From the IMG/VR virus record IMGVR_UViG_3300000095_000001: 64,000 nucleotides of DNA. The stretch is one strand, 5' to 3'. Both the position numbers and the translations under genes were made by a program. Source of the stretch: a virus. This document shows, piece after piece, positions 8,960 through 18,339 of this stretch (its first letter is position 1; every line of letters begins with the position of its first letter). Below the pieces are notes generated by a model. That model made no database searches, had not been told where the DNA came from, and saw only the letters and a list, made by a program, of their open reading frames with translations.

Positions 8960-9155
8960 ATTATTATTGAATTTAGTATTCTTTAAATACGATGAACTAA
9001 ATAAGTTAGAAGATGCTCTAGATGGTTGTATAACATTCTGTGACGAGACAGATGACTTTAAAGAGCAGCTAAAAGAATTAGAAAAACCCTTGGGAGATGC
9101 TAAAAATCTATTTCTTCAAGTAAGAAAGTATAAATATCCTGATTCAGAGTATTAA
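8922..9155 (+). CDS. Hypothetical protein
   Basis: ORF convergent with portal. Confidence 0.5.
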   Translation: MKIELDLTKEQFELLLNLVFFKYDELNKLEDALDGCITFCDETDDFKEQLKELEKPLGDAKNLFLQVRKYKYPDSEY

Positions 9156-10475
9156 CTACATAGGAGGAGACATTTGGCTTTGTTGTTCTATTTGCTTCAG
9201 AGCCTTTGCTTCTTCTATTTCTTGTTCAGTTTGAAGAGGTAATCCAAGAAGTCCTCTAATCCTATTATTAATTACAGGGTCATCTCCACTTAAAATTCCC
9301 ATTGAAACAGCAGTAAATATGTTCTGTAGTTGCTGCATTTCTACTCCTGGGTCTGAAGAAGAATCAATAGTAAATTTACCGTAATCTTTCTGTTTACCAA
9401 AGTTGTTAATGATTATAGGTTTACAGACTTTCTCAATAATCTGGTCTTGAATCTGATTTACTACTACTTCGATATTTGCGTCTAGAAGAGTAGATTGCTT
9501 GACGGATAATGTTGCTACTCCTATTGAACCACTACCTTCTTCAAATATGAGTTGAGGAATACCAAATGCTCTGTGAATATTTTTTTCATATCTGTTGAGA
9601 GATACTTCCCAAGATTGGCTTCCATCTGGAACGTTTAGAGCCGTAACATTATTAGCTTTATCTGTGACAATAATAGAGTTGTTTTCTACATTAGCTAACT
9701 TATCATACATTACTTGAGCTGCATTTTTTTTAATAGGTTGATTATCTCTTCCTAATATTGGGTTTCCATAAGCATCAGTAACAGTAGCGTTAATAGTAGC
9801 AGCACTATCTACTTGAGCAAATAGAATTCCGGTAGCTAGGTTCTTAATAGACACAATCATGTCAGCAAAAACAGATAATTTAGCTCTCCAAAATGGATAT
9901 GCAATTGCAGCTTCTGCATGACCAAAAGGATCGTTAAACGTAGTAGCAGCAGAGTTAGTTACGTGGATAACTTTTTTATAAGGGATATGAATGTTGGATT
10001 TAACTTTATCATTATAAGTAACATATTGAATAAAACCTTTAGCTCCTTTAAATTTTACTCTCTCAAGACTTAAAGGGTAAAGACTTATTAATTTTAAATA
10101 GCCTTCATTATCATAATCTAAATTAATTTCTGCTACTGAAAACCCTAAAGCTTGAGCAATAGCTAATTCTGCAACAGATTTTTTTAAAGTCCCTCTCATG
10201 TTTCCAAACATTTCTAACATGAAGTTCGTAATTTCTGATTTACTGTGTTGGTAAACCCCAAATGTATTAGCAGCTCTCAAACACTTAATATCTACACAAG
10301 ATTTAGCACTCGGGTCTTTGTGAATAAAGTGAATTAGTTTATCTATTGGGTATTCACCATCCCAACTAATTTCTTGAATAGTAGAATCAGATAGTTTAGA
10401 TATTTTTGACGAATGATTGGTAGTATAAAGCTGTTCTTCAAATTGTCTTGTTGGTTGAGGGTTTCTTGATTTCAT
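9156..10475 (-). CDS. Portal protein (DUF935 / Mu gp29-like)
   Basis: 439 aa; D...KSC..IK, A...GFSVAEI, KKVIH, PFG.......AYP.W..K, I..A..IPQL, NQ...K...P....NFG. Confidence 0.8.
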   Translation of the reverse strand: MKSRNPQPTRQFEEQLYTTNHSSKISKLSDSTIQEISWDGEYPIDKLIHFIHKDPSAKSCVDIKCLRAANTFGVYQHSKSEITNFMLEMFGNMRGTLKKSVAELAIAQALGFSVAEINLDYDNEGYLKLISLYPLSLERVKFKGAKGFIQYVTYNDKVKSNIHIPYKKVIHVTNSAATTFNDPFGHAEAAIAYPFWRAKLSVFADMIVSIKNLATGILFAQVDSAATINATVTDAYGNPILGRDNQPIKKNAAQVMYDKLANVENNSIIVTDKANNVTALNVPDGSQSWEVSLNRYEKNIHRAFGIPQLIFEEGSGSIGVATLSVKQSTLLDANIEVVVNQIQDQIIEKVCKPIIINNFGKQKDYGKFTIDSSSDPGVEMQQLQNIFTAVSMGILSGDDPVINNRIRGLLGLPLQTEQEIEEAKALKQIEQQSQMSPPM

Positions 10476-10533
10476 TGGCTATTATTATTTAATCTCTTTG
10501 TAAACTTTAACATGAAATAAAGATTGAAAGATT

Positions 10534-10917
10534 ATGGGATGTTATGTTGAACTTTCATTAGATATTAAATTAAAAGCAGATACCCCAAAAGAAGTTATAG
10601 ATGTTTTAAAATATGCTTTGTCTAGAAAAGCTAGTAGACCTAGGAAAGTAAAACTACCTGATCACAGATTTTTTAAGAATCCAGATTGGTGTTCTACATT
10701 AGGATGCAATAATGATTCAGAAATACCAAGATTAAGAAAGCTTAGAGGAAAAAACAAAGGTTATAGTTTAAATATTTATTCGGAGTTCAAAGAGTATTGG
10801 GCAAGTGAATATAGATTTATAGATTGGATAGAACCTTATTTAGACCATCTACCAGGAGAAATTTTAGGTTGGAGAGAAGACGATTATAACGAACGTACTA
10901 CTATAAAGAAAAAATAA
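10534..10917 (+). CDS. Hypothetical protein
   Basis: ORF divergent from portal. Confidence 0.6.
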   Translation: MGCYVELSLDIKLKADTPKEVIDVLKYALSRKASRPRKVKLPDHRFFKNPDWCSTLGCNNDSEIPRLRKLRGKNKGYSLNIYSEFKEYWASEYRFIDWIEPYLDHLPGEILGWREDDYNERTTIKKK

Positions 10918-10929
10918 GGAGATTAAATT

Positions 10930-11322
10930 ATGACTTTTAACCAAGAAGAATACATCAGATTATTTTCAGAAATTGTTATCAAACCTATTGAATCAGATGA
11001 AGAGCTAGATAGATATGTAAAGCTAGTAGAGCCTTACTTCTTTGATAAAGAGAAAACTCCAGAAGAAGTAGCTATTTATAACCTACTAACTATCTTGATT
11101 GTCGAATATGAAAGAGAGCATTACCCTGACCCAGAGTTAACACCATTAGAATTCTTGAAAGGTTTGATGGAGTTAAAAGACTTAAAACAAAAAGATTTAG
11201 TTGGAGTTATTGGTAGTAAAGGAGTAGTATCTGAAGTTATTAACGGTAAAAGAGAGATATCAAAAGCACAAGCAAGAGCATTAGGTGAATTCTTTAAAGT
11301 AGATTACAAGAGTTTTTTATAA
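10930..11322 (+). CDS. higA: HigA-type antitoxin / XRE HTH regulator, orphan
   Basis: LL.ILI..YE.EHYP, L..LME..DLKQKDLVGVIGSKGVVSEVINGKREISKAQARALGEFF, typical of cyanobacterial HigA-like proteins. Confidence 0.8.
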   Translation: MTFNQEEYIRLFSEIVIKPIESDEELDRYVKLVEPYFFDKEKTPEEVAIYNLLTILIVEYEREHYPDPELTPLEFLKGLMELKDLKQKDLVGVIGSKGVVSEVINGKREISKAQARALGEFFKVDYKSFL

Positions 11323-11339
11323 ATAGAATAACAGTCTAT

Positions 11340-11588
11340 ATGAAAATTGGTTCTAAAGTTTTAGTTAAAGGTTCTTATCATCCCTCTAATATTTATAGAG
11401 GGGAGATTGTAGGGGAAAGTGAAGAAGGTAATAGACCTGTTTGGGTAGTATTGGTATGGTTTTCTAATGATAGTAGATTAGAACCTGTAAAGTCCAATTA
11501 CTTTAAGGATTCTTTTACTAGATTACCTAATAATACGTCTAGTAGCACTATATTTTATATTGAGGAGGTAGAAAATGATCGAAATTAA
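11340..11588 (+). CDS. Hypothetical protein (possible SH3/KOW-like beta fold)
   Basis: KIGSKVLVK...YRGEIVG pattern. Confidence 0.5.
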   Translation: MKIGSKVLVKGSYHPSNIYRGEIVGESEEGNRPVWVVLVWFSNDSRLEPVKSNYFKDSFTRLPNNTSSSTIFYIEEVENDRN

Positions 11589-11898
11589 AAAGATAATTGA
11601 AGTAGATAGTTATGACTTACTAGGTTATTACTCAGAAGACCATGTTAATAAAGAGGAAGTCATTGAGGTAGTGAGTGAGCATATTAAAGAAGATGTGGAG
11701 GAAGGCACTTTAGACTGGGATTGGGAAGATGGAGATATTATATTACCTACAGTAGAAAGAGTAGAGTATATCTGGTACAAAATAATTAATTTAGGAGAAA
11801 TAGATAATTACTATGAAAAAGAGGATGATGAGTTTTGTTTTGTATTTAGTAATAGAGGTAAGGAAGGTTACTCGAGAATGACGAGGTACTATCTATGA
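11575..11898 (+). CDS. Hypothetical acidic protein
   Basis: ORF in operon. Confidence 0.55.
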   Translation: MIEIKKIIEVDSYDLLGYYSEDHVNKEEVIEVVSEHIKEDVEEGTLDWDWEDGDIILPTVERVEYIWYKIINLGEIDNYYEKEDDEFCFVFSNRGKEGYSRMTRYYL

Positions 11899-13634
11899 AT
11901 AAGAAATTACTATTTATTTTAGGTGCAGGTAGGTCAGGAACTACATTACTACTTTCTTACTTATTAGGTATTCCTAATATTAAAGTCTTATATGAAAGTA
12001 AGATACTAAGCAACCGAATCGAGAGTCTTGAGAAATTAGCTGATTATTTTGATTCTATAGAAGAAGAAATAGTAATAGAGAAAACACCTTGTCACTGCCT
12101 TTACTTAGAAGATATCGAGAGACTTAGGAGCTTATGTAAGAGAAATATTCATGTTATCTATGTTACTAGACCGCCAGTTCCTACTATCTTATCTATATTA
12201 AAAGCTAGTAACGGTAATAGCCAACTATTTGGGGAGATGGATGTATTAAGTGCTTGTGAGAAGTACGAAGAAGCAATGATTAGTATATATCATAATCTTA
12301 TTACTAGGGTACATCATCCTAATACTCACATAGAACAAGAAAAACTAAAGTATACTACAGGTGAAGTTAGTGATATTGACTGTATTTCTACTTATGAAAT
12401 ACCCTATTCATTTTGTATTACGTATAGAGAGTTGATAGAGGATGCTTACTCCATATTGGATTATCTATTAGTGTATGAACTCCACCTTGACCTTAGTGAC
12501 TCAGATATAAGAGGCTTAATAGTTAATCGAGTAAATAATATAAATAGGTTACTACCTCAAGTAGAAGAAGAATTACATCATAGTAATTTGTTTAAAGAAG
12601 TAGATGTAGTTGCTAAAGAGAGATTTAGTAGTGTAAGTAATTTGACTGAGGAAGATAAGAGAAATATTAAGTACATTAATAACTACTTCACTAATAAAGG
12701 TAATAAGTTTAGTGTATATGACTTAGTAACTAAGAACGAAGTAATAACTACAGAAGATAGCCCGTTAGTTACTATAGTAGTCCCTTTATATAATAAGGAG
12801 AAGTATATAGAAGAGACATTATCTTCCTTACTTAATCAGACATATCAGAAAATACATATCATAGTAGTAGATGATGGAAGTACAGATAATAGTCTAGAAA
12901 TAGTAGATAAGTACATAAAATCCTTAGATGAGAGTAGTAAATGTAAAATTAGTATACTTACTCAAGACCATTTTGGTGTATCTGAAGCTAGAAATAGAGG
13001 CTTCCCCTTTTCTTGTGATATTATTACCTTCTGTGATGCTGATGATATATGGGACTTAACTCTAGTAGAGAAGTCAGTAGCTACATTTAAGAAATACCCT
13101 TATGTGGGTTGTGTCTACTCTCGCGTTTTAATCGACAAAGATGGTGAGATAACTAAGAATCATTCTAAGATATGTAACGGAGATGTTTATGAAGATGCTT
13201 TAGAGTATAACTTCCTTACTTGTGGTAGTAATCTATTTGTTAAAGCTTCTGTAATAGAAGAACATAGCATTAGGTTTAATACTTCCTTACAAGTAGCTGA
13301 AGATTGGGACTTTCTTATTAGATTAGCTAAAATAGCCGTCTTTAAGTGTACTAAAGAGTATCTTGTTACTTATAGGCAAGTACCTAATTCATTATCTACT
13401 AATAAAGAACTTTTACTAGAAGATAGTCAGTGGGTATTGATGACTCATTTAGATGTACTAGAAAGTCATTTATATAGAGGAGAGAAGTATAGTAGAATAT
13501 TTACTCGTTTGTTTCTTTACTGCTTTTCTATTAAAAATCTTAAGTGGAGTTACTTAAAAGATTTAGATATTAATTATATACTTAGAGTTGTAGTTAATAA
13601 ACTGAAGTCCTTTGTTAAGTCATATATATTATAA
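11895..13634 (+). CDS. Sulfotransferase-like domain fused to GT2 glycosyltransferase
   Basis: FILGAGRSGTTLL, EKTP, YVTRPP..TILS; then VTIVVPLYN, VVDDGSTD, SEARNRG, FCDADD, AEDWDF. Confidence 0.8.
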   Translation: MNKKLLFILGAGRSGTTLLLSYLLGIPNIKVLYESKILSNRIESLEKLADYFDSIEEEIVIEKTPCHCLYLEDIERLRSLCKRNIHVIYVTRPPVPTILSILKASNGNSQLFGEMDVLSACEKYEEAMISIYHNLITRVHHPNTHIEQEKLKYTTGEVSDIDCISTYEIPYSFCITYRELIEDAYSILDYLLVYELHLDLSDSDIRGLIVNRVNNINRLLPQVEEELHHSNLFKEVDVVAKERFSSVSNLTEEDKRNIKYINNYFTNKGNKFSVYDLVTKNEVITTEDSPLVTIVVPLYNKEKYIEETLSSLLNQTYQKIHIIVVDDGSTDNSLEIVDKYIKSLDESSKCKISILTQDHFGVSEARNRGFPFSCDIITFCDADDIWDLTLVEKSVATFKKYPYVGCVYSRVLIDKDGEITKNHSKICNGDVYEDALEYNFLTCGSNLFVKASVIEEHSIRFNTSLQVAEDWDFLIRLAKIAVFKCTKEYLVTYRQVPNSLSTNKELLLEDSQWVLMTHLDVLESHLYRGEKYSRIFTRLFLYCFSIKNLKWSYLKDLDINYILRVVVNKLKSFVKSYIL

Positions 13635-14106
13635 ACTAGCTATTTATGAATACTCTCTATCTAACTTCTACAAAAAGATAAGTAGGAGAGATGATGAGTA
13701 TTCTTCTTACTTCTATCAGTTATCAGTAGATGAGAAGAAGCATAGTAAGATGTTGTTTAGTCTATTAAATAAGAGAGGATATGATGTACCTAATAAGTTC
13801 TTAGTAGAGCAGGTAATAATACAAGGTCAGGAAGTAAAGACTAATATAGAAGTAAGTAAGAGAAATGTACTGTTCTATTTAATCTTTAAAGGTAAGTCTG
13901 CCTCTAGTTACTCTACTAATGAGTTACTTAGTTATGTAAATAAAGGAGAGAAGATAGCTTATGTGTATTACTCAGTTCTCTTGTGGGTAGTTAAGTGTCT
14001 TAGTTATCTTACTCAAGATAAAGTATATGACTTAGATATAAATCTTCTGTCAACTATTAGAAGTGAAGAGAAGGAGCATAGTAGCTATGAAAGATTTAGT
14101 GTATGA
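13612..14106 (+). CDS. Ferritin-like (ExxH x2) protein
   Basis: SVDEKKHSKML and IRSEEKEH; start uncertain. Confidence 0.5.
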   Translation: MLSHIYYKLAIYEYSLSNFYKKISRRDDEYSSYFYQLSVDEKKHSKMLFSLLNKRGYDVPNKFLVEQVIIQGQEVKTNIEVSKRNVLFYLIFKGKSASSYSTNELLSYVNKGEKIAYVYYSVLLWVVKCLSYLTQDKVYDLDINLLSTIRSEEKEHSSYERFSV

Positions 14107-14349
14107 AGAGATGAGTAAGAGGTTTATAAAAGAAAAGTTAGTGAAAATTAATCTGAATCAAAAAGTTAAATTTAAACTTACTAAAATAGGGAGAGAATAT
14201 TTGAAAAAGAATAAACTATTAATGTGGTCAGATAAGGAGGGTTATTCTACTGAACAGCTTTGGGTAGTAATGGGATCTTTGGAGAAGCAATGCGATATCC
14301 GACTAGGAATACAGTGGTAGAACCAGATATGTTTTTAGTAGATGATTGA
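14087..14349 (+). pseudogene. Phage hypothetical protein with probable 1-nt deletion at about 14278-14280
   Basis: Track frame ends LWVVMGSLEKQ..; the -1 frame gives FGEAMRYPTRNTVVEPDMFLVDD* ending 14349. Confidence 0.45.
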
Positions 14350-14375
14350 CAAAATTAAATAGTTTGTGGTAGATT
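14346..14375 (+). promoter_or_regulatory. Sigma70-type promoter for the tRNA pair
   Basis: TTGACA (14346-51), 18 nt, TAGATT (14370-75) with extended -10 TGn; 8 nt from the tRNA 5' end. Confidence 0.75.
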
Positions 14376-14383
14376 AAATTTAT

Positions 14384-14457
14384 TCGGGAATGGAGCAACG
14401 GCTAGGCTCATGACTCTCCTAAAGTCAAAATTAGTAAGTTCGATTCTAACTCCCGAT
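14384..14457 (+). tRNA. Non-canonical tRNA, anticodon CCT (Arg/AGG)
   Basis: D stem GAGC/GCTC, anticodon stem TGACT/AGTCA with loop CTCCTAA, TTCGATT T loop; acceptor only 6 clean bp, A-A mismatch in T stem, no CCA. Confidence 0.55.
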
Positions 14458-14462
14458 TTCAA

Positions 14463-14544
14463 GAGTCAGTCCTCCTATTTAGTATAGGTAGCTGTCTGTA
14501 AAACAGTGGCTTCGGCATTGTAAGTGCGAATCTTACCTGACTCA
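14463..14544 (+). tRNA. Non-canonical class II tRNA-Tyr(GTA)
   Basis: Acceptor GAGTCAG/CTGACTC plus A73, anticodon arm GCTGT-CTGTAAA-ACAGT, variable arm GC-TTCG-GC, T stem GTAAG/CTTAC; atypical T loop TGCGAAT and D arm lacking GG. Confidence 0.7.
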
Positions 14545-14548
14545 TTTA

Positions 14549-17500
14549 TCATACTTCCTTCTTCTTCTTAGTCACGGTGATATACGGATATATATATACT
14601 AGGAAGCTAAGATTGGGGTCTAGCTGTACATTAGTAGGTTTTTTGATAGTTACTTGTTTAGTAACATCTAAGACTCCAGGTGTAAGAACTGTTTCTAAAT
14701 CTTGTACTTTATTTAATACGAAGTTATATTCACTATTAGCGTAGATTTGGTCAGTTGCATACTTTATGTATTGAGTAGCGTTAGTAGGTGGTACAAATTC
14801 TACATCTTTATAAGAGTCTACATCTACTTTAATAAACCCATCATATATAAATTGCGCCCAAAGATTATTAAACCATTGACGGGTATCTATACCTTTAACA
14901 CTTGAAGTAGGATAGCTTCCTGTTCTACTATTTTGAGCTAAGATAAACTCTCTTGTTTCTGAGTTATTACTATTTTGATTGCTGTAGAAAAGTGAGGGTA
15001 CTTCTAATAAAGGTGCGTTAATACCATCTAATCTTGCTGTAGTATATTGAGTCCAACGAGTTAGATTATAAGTGTAGAAGAAATTCAGTCCGTAGCTATC
15101 TAACATACTTTTTCTAGTAGATAAGTCTAAAGCAAATGAGTTATTCAAACTTATCAATTTGTTTCTAGCACTTCTAATATTAGAAGGTACATAAACTTTA
15201 GGTCTCGCAGTTAGATATTCAAAATAACTTTCTTTACTAACTTGATTGTTATTTACAGATGTAGTGTAATTTAAGTTTGAGTTTAATCCGTAACTTGTGA
15301 GAATTTGATAAATATTTCTGTCGTAACCTACTACTGAGTTAAGCCGTTTCTTTTCAGTATCTAAAATACTTCTATCCCATAACGACCACCAGCTAGAATT
15401 ACTTATCATTATTTGTCTTTGATTGTCTCCTGATACTACTGGTTTAGATAAGTATGTCCAGCTACTAACAAAAGAGTTCATAGGAGAAGTAATGTTACTT
15501 ACAATGATGCTTTTTGCTTGGCTGTAATTGTATTGCTCGTTGTTATTACCGGATATAGGATTATTTATTGATGTGTTATTAGTTGTTTGTAAAAGGATAG
15601 TATTAGCAGCATCTCTATCTCTATTACTTACTGTACCTCCGGTGTTATTGCTAAGACTTCCATAAGAAACAAAGAACTTCTTCTCAATATAAGATTTATT
15701 CCAAAGAGCAGAAGGTAGCAGTGAGGTGTCTAAACTGTTGTTTGTAGATTCTACTTGCCAGTTTTTAATTTTTATAGTTACGTATTTTCTATATTCCCAG
15801 CTTTGGTTAGGTGTAAAATCGTTAGCACTAAAAGCAGGATTACTTACCGTACTACCTTTACAATCAGTGTTGCTAAGTGTATTTTTAGGTTCTAATCCAA
15901 GTTTTAAATGTACTATTTGAGTTTTATTATCTAAGACTGTTAGATTTATAGTTCTTTGATAAAGGTTGTCTACTATTTGTTGTAACGACCTATTTCTCGG
16001 GTCTACCAGATTCCCTTCTATATTAGGAGTTACGTAGTTAGCAGAAGGAACATTATTTAAGACATATATCCAAACTCGAGGGTCAATCCTTAAGTCAATA
16101 ATATTTTTGTTGCAGTTTTCATAAAATTTAAAATGTTTAGCTTGGTCTTCCTCACTTACCGCAAAATTTCTTCTTAATCTGTTTTCTATATCTACTTGAG
16201 TTTCATTAGCTGCTAGGATAAAAGCATTATACATTCCACTAAATAAATCGCTAGCTCCTAGTTCGTATAATTTAATAGCTTCAGTTTTTTTACTGCTCCC
16301 CAACCAAATCTCAGCTTTGTGAGTAGATAGCTTCATATCTCTTTTTTTTAGTTTAGGGGGGCCATCAGGATTTCTGTTTCCTCCACTACCGTCATAAGGG
16401 CCACCATCTCCTAAATTGCTAGGACAGCCCGGAGTCCAAGGAAAGTAGTTAGGTGGTAGATTTCCGGGTATTTGATCTTCGTTTACTTCTAATATGTAGA
16501 AACCGCCAGGAGCCGTTGACCCGTTTAAGTATTGCTGTGGAAAATGCCTCTTGTACATAAATTGGTAGGGAAGATTTACCCAGCCATAAGTATGTCCCCA
16601 ACTATTATCGATAGAACCTACACTTGGTTGACCGGGAGTTTCTTGTCCAAATAAAGGTGCTTTACTGCTAATAAAACCTCTCGTGTCGCAATACCCAGCA
16701 GCTTGCATAGCAGGAGTACATTCATTAGTAAATCCGGGGAGAAAGCTAAATTCACATCTAAAGAAATTTCTAGTTATATTTGTTTGAGAATCAGTAGTAG
16801 AGGCTAATTCCCACCCCGCTAAGTGCATCCCTCCAGAGCATTCTAAAATCGTTCCATAACCAAATAGTTTTTTAAAGCTAGTTCCGTATTCATTGTCATG
16901 TGAAGTTAAAGCAGCTAACATTCTTTGTTCATCTTCAGCAGTAACTTTAGTAGAGAACATTTTCCAACCTAAATTAACCCCGTTTTCATCTTCAGTTCCA
17001 TGAGGAGTTTTAGCATCTCTACCTAAATCATCACTAAAACAATCATTTAAAGAGTTATAAGGTTTATAAGGTAATCCGGTATAAGATGTTCCTCCAATAG
17101 TTTCTTTAGCTGCGTAGTTGCATCTTTCATAAGCTCCGACAAATTGAGTACATGAACTTCCTTTCCTAATCCAAGTAGATTGCAATTGACTAGGAACAGG
17201 AGAACCTGTATCTACTAACTTGACAAATAAATAGAAAACTTCAATATCTGAATCAGTATATTCAATAATTTTCTTATCATCTACTGGTTTAGTTTTTCTT
17301 ATCTGAATAATTCTTTCAGTTACCTGCTCTGCTGCTTTAAACGTAACTGCCTTGTATTGACCGTCGTTAGAATCTTTTACTACTAAAACTTCCCCACTAG
17401 AATCCACATTAACAGATAAAGCTTGAATAGTTTTCCCCGTCTCAGTATTTCTAACGTTAATCTTGGTTCCAATTCCACCGTTAAGAGCATAGCCAATAAA

Positions 17501-17584
17501 AGCTGTATTATTTTCTAATAACTTAAGAATTTTCTGGACAACTAAATCTTCAGATATCGAGCCTGGGAGATAATCATCATTCAT
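14549..17584 (-). CDS. Large tail-associated protein (tail tip or receptor binding, unassigned)
   Basis: 1011 aa, N/T/S rich, last gene of the tail cluster. Confidence 0.5.
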   Translation of the reverse strand: MNDDYLPGSISEDLVVQKILKLLENNTAFIGYALNGGIGTKINVRNTETGKTIQALSVNVDSSGEVLVVKDSNDGQYKAVTFKAAEQVTERIIQIRKTKPVDDKKIIEYTDSDIEVFYLFVKLVDTGSPVPSQLQSTWIRKGSSCTQFVGAYERCNYAAKETIGGTSYTGLPYKPYNSLNDCFSDDLGRDAKTPHGTEDENGVNLGWKMFSTKVTAEDEQRMLAALTSHDNEYGTSFKKLFGYGTILECSGGMHLAGWELASTTDSQTNITRNFFRCEFSFLPGFTNECTPAMQAAGYCDTRGFISSKAPLFGQETPGQPSVGSIDNSWGHTYGWVNLPYQFMYKRHFPQQYLNGSTAPGGFYILEVNEDQIPGNLPPNYFPWTPGCPSNLGDGGPYDGSGGNRNPDGPPKLKKRDMKLSTHKAEIWLGSSKKTEAIKLYELGASDLFSGMYNAFILAANETQVDIENRLRRNFAVSEEDQAKHFKFYENCNKNIIDLRIDPRVWIYVLNNVPSANYVTPNIEGNLVDPRNRSLQQIVDNLYQRTINLTVLDNKTQIVHLKLGLEPKNTLSNTDCKGSTVSNPAFSANDFTPNQSWEYRKYVTIKIKNWQVESTNNSLDTSLLPSALWNKSYIEKKFFVSYGSLSNNTGGTVSNRDRDAANTILLQTTNNTSINNPISGNNNEQYNYSQAKSIIVSNITSPMNSFVSSWTYLSKPVVSGDNQRQIMISNSSWWSLWDRSILDTEKKRLNSVVGYDRNIYQILTSYGLNSNLNYTTSVNNNQVSKESYFEYLTARPKVYVPSNIRSARNKLISLNNSFALDLSTRKSMLDSYGLNFFYTYNLTRWTQYTTARLDGINAPLLEVPSLFYSNQNSNNSETREFILAQNSRTGSYPTSSVKGIDTRQWFNNLWAQFIYDGFIKVDVDSYKDVEFVPPTNATQYIKYATDQIYANSEYNFVLNKVQDLETVLTPGVLDVTKQVTIKKPTNVQLDPNLSFLVYIYPYITVTKKKKEV

Positions 17585-17596
17585 AGGAAATTATTT

Positions 17597-17866
17597 ATGT
17601 CTGTAAGTTTTGTAGCTAACGTAATGCAGAGAAAAGTAAGACCTCTACATCCTGGTTCTATTTTAGTAGATATCCTAGAAGATAGAGGAATTAGTGTAAA
17701 TGAGTTTAGTAAAAGTAACTCAAAACTTAGAGATGTATTATTATGTACAAGACCTATAACTTATCTTTTAGCTGTAGAGGTTGACCTTAGATTAGGTGTT
17801 CCTACTCAGCTCATATTAAATCTACAAAGAAAAGTAGATATTTGGGATAGTTTATATAATGACTAA
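17597..17866 (+). CDS. higA: HigA family addiction-module antidote, orphan
   Basis: RPLHPGSIL..ILE.RGIS...F, RPIT..LA......LG.P....LNLQ...D.W. Confidence 0.75.
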   Translation: MSVSFVANVMQRKVRPLHPGSILVDILEDRGISVNEFSKSNSKLRDVLLCTRPITYLLAVEVDLRLGVPTQLILNLQRKVDIWDSLYND

Positions 17867-18336
17867 AAAGATTTAAAGGTAATTAAACTTTTCTCATAAT
17901 TGTATTCAAAACATAAAGCGTCATGGACATTGTTAACAGCCGGATTGACTTGTCTGAAGTACAACCAACCATTATTAGAGAAGGTATTTGTTATTCTATT
18001 ATTTCCCTTCATTAAAGAAGGAGTAAATGTAGGTGACTCAAAAGGGTTGGTAGTTATCGCATAAGTCCTAGTAGGAGGATTGTGGTAACTTGCTAATGCA
18101 CCGTTAATACTAGATGAAGCACTAATGTAATTAAATTTAACTGTGCCTGTTCCTTCAGTAGCTATATCAAAGAAGTTATATTGAAGATTAAAAGTTCCAC
18201 TATGACTAGCCGGAACCCAAAGAAGTTTACCTGTACCTTTAGGACAGTTGCCGCATTCTCCCATTCTACATTGATTAAGTATTGGGGAACTCATCTCTAC
18301 TATTGGATTAATTTTAGATAGTATAGTAATTTTCAT
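17863..18336 (-). CDS. Tail-region hypothetical protein
   Basis: ORF in tail cluster. Confidence 0.55.
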   Translation of the reverse strand: MKITILSKINPIVEMSSPILNQCRMGECGNCPKGTGKLLWVPASHSGTFNLQYNFFDIATEGTGTVKFNYISASSSINGALASYHNPPTRTYAITTNPFESPTFTPSLMKGNNRITNTFSNNGWLYFRQVNPAVNNVHDALCFEYNYEKSLITFKSF

Positions 18337-18339
18337 TAG

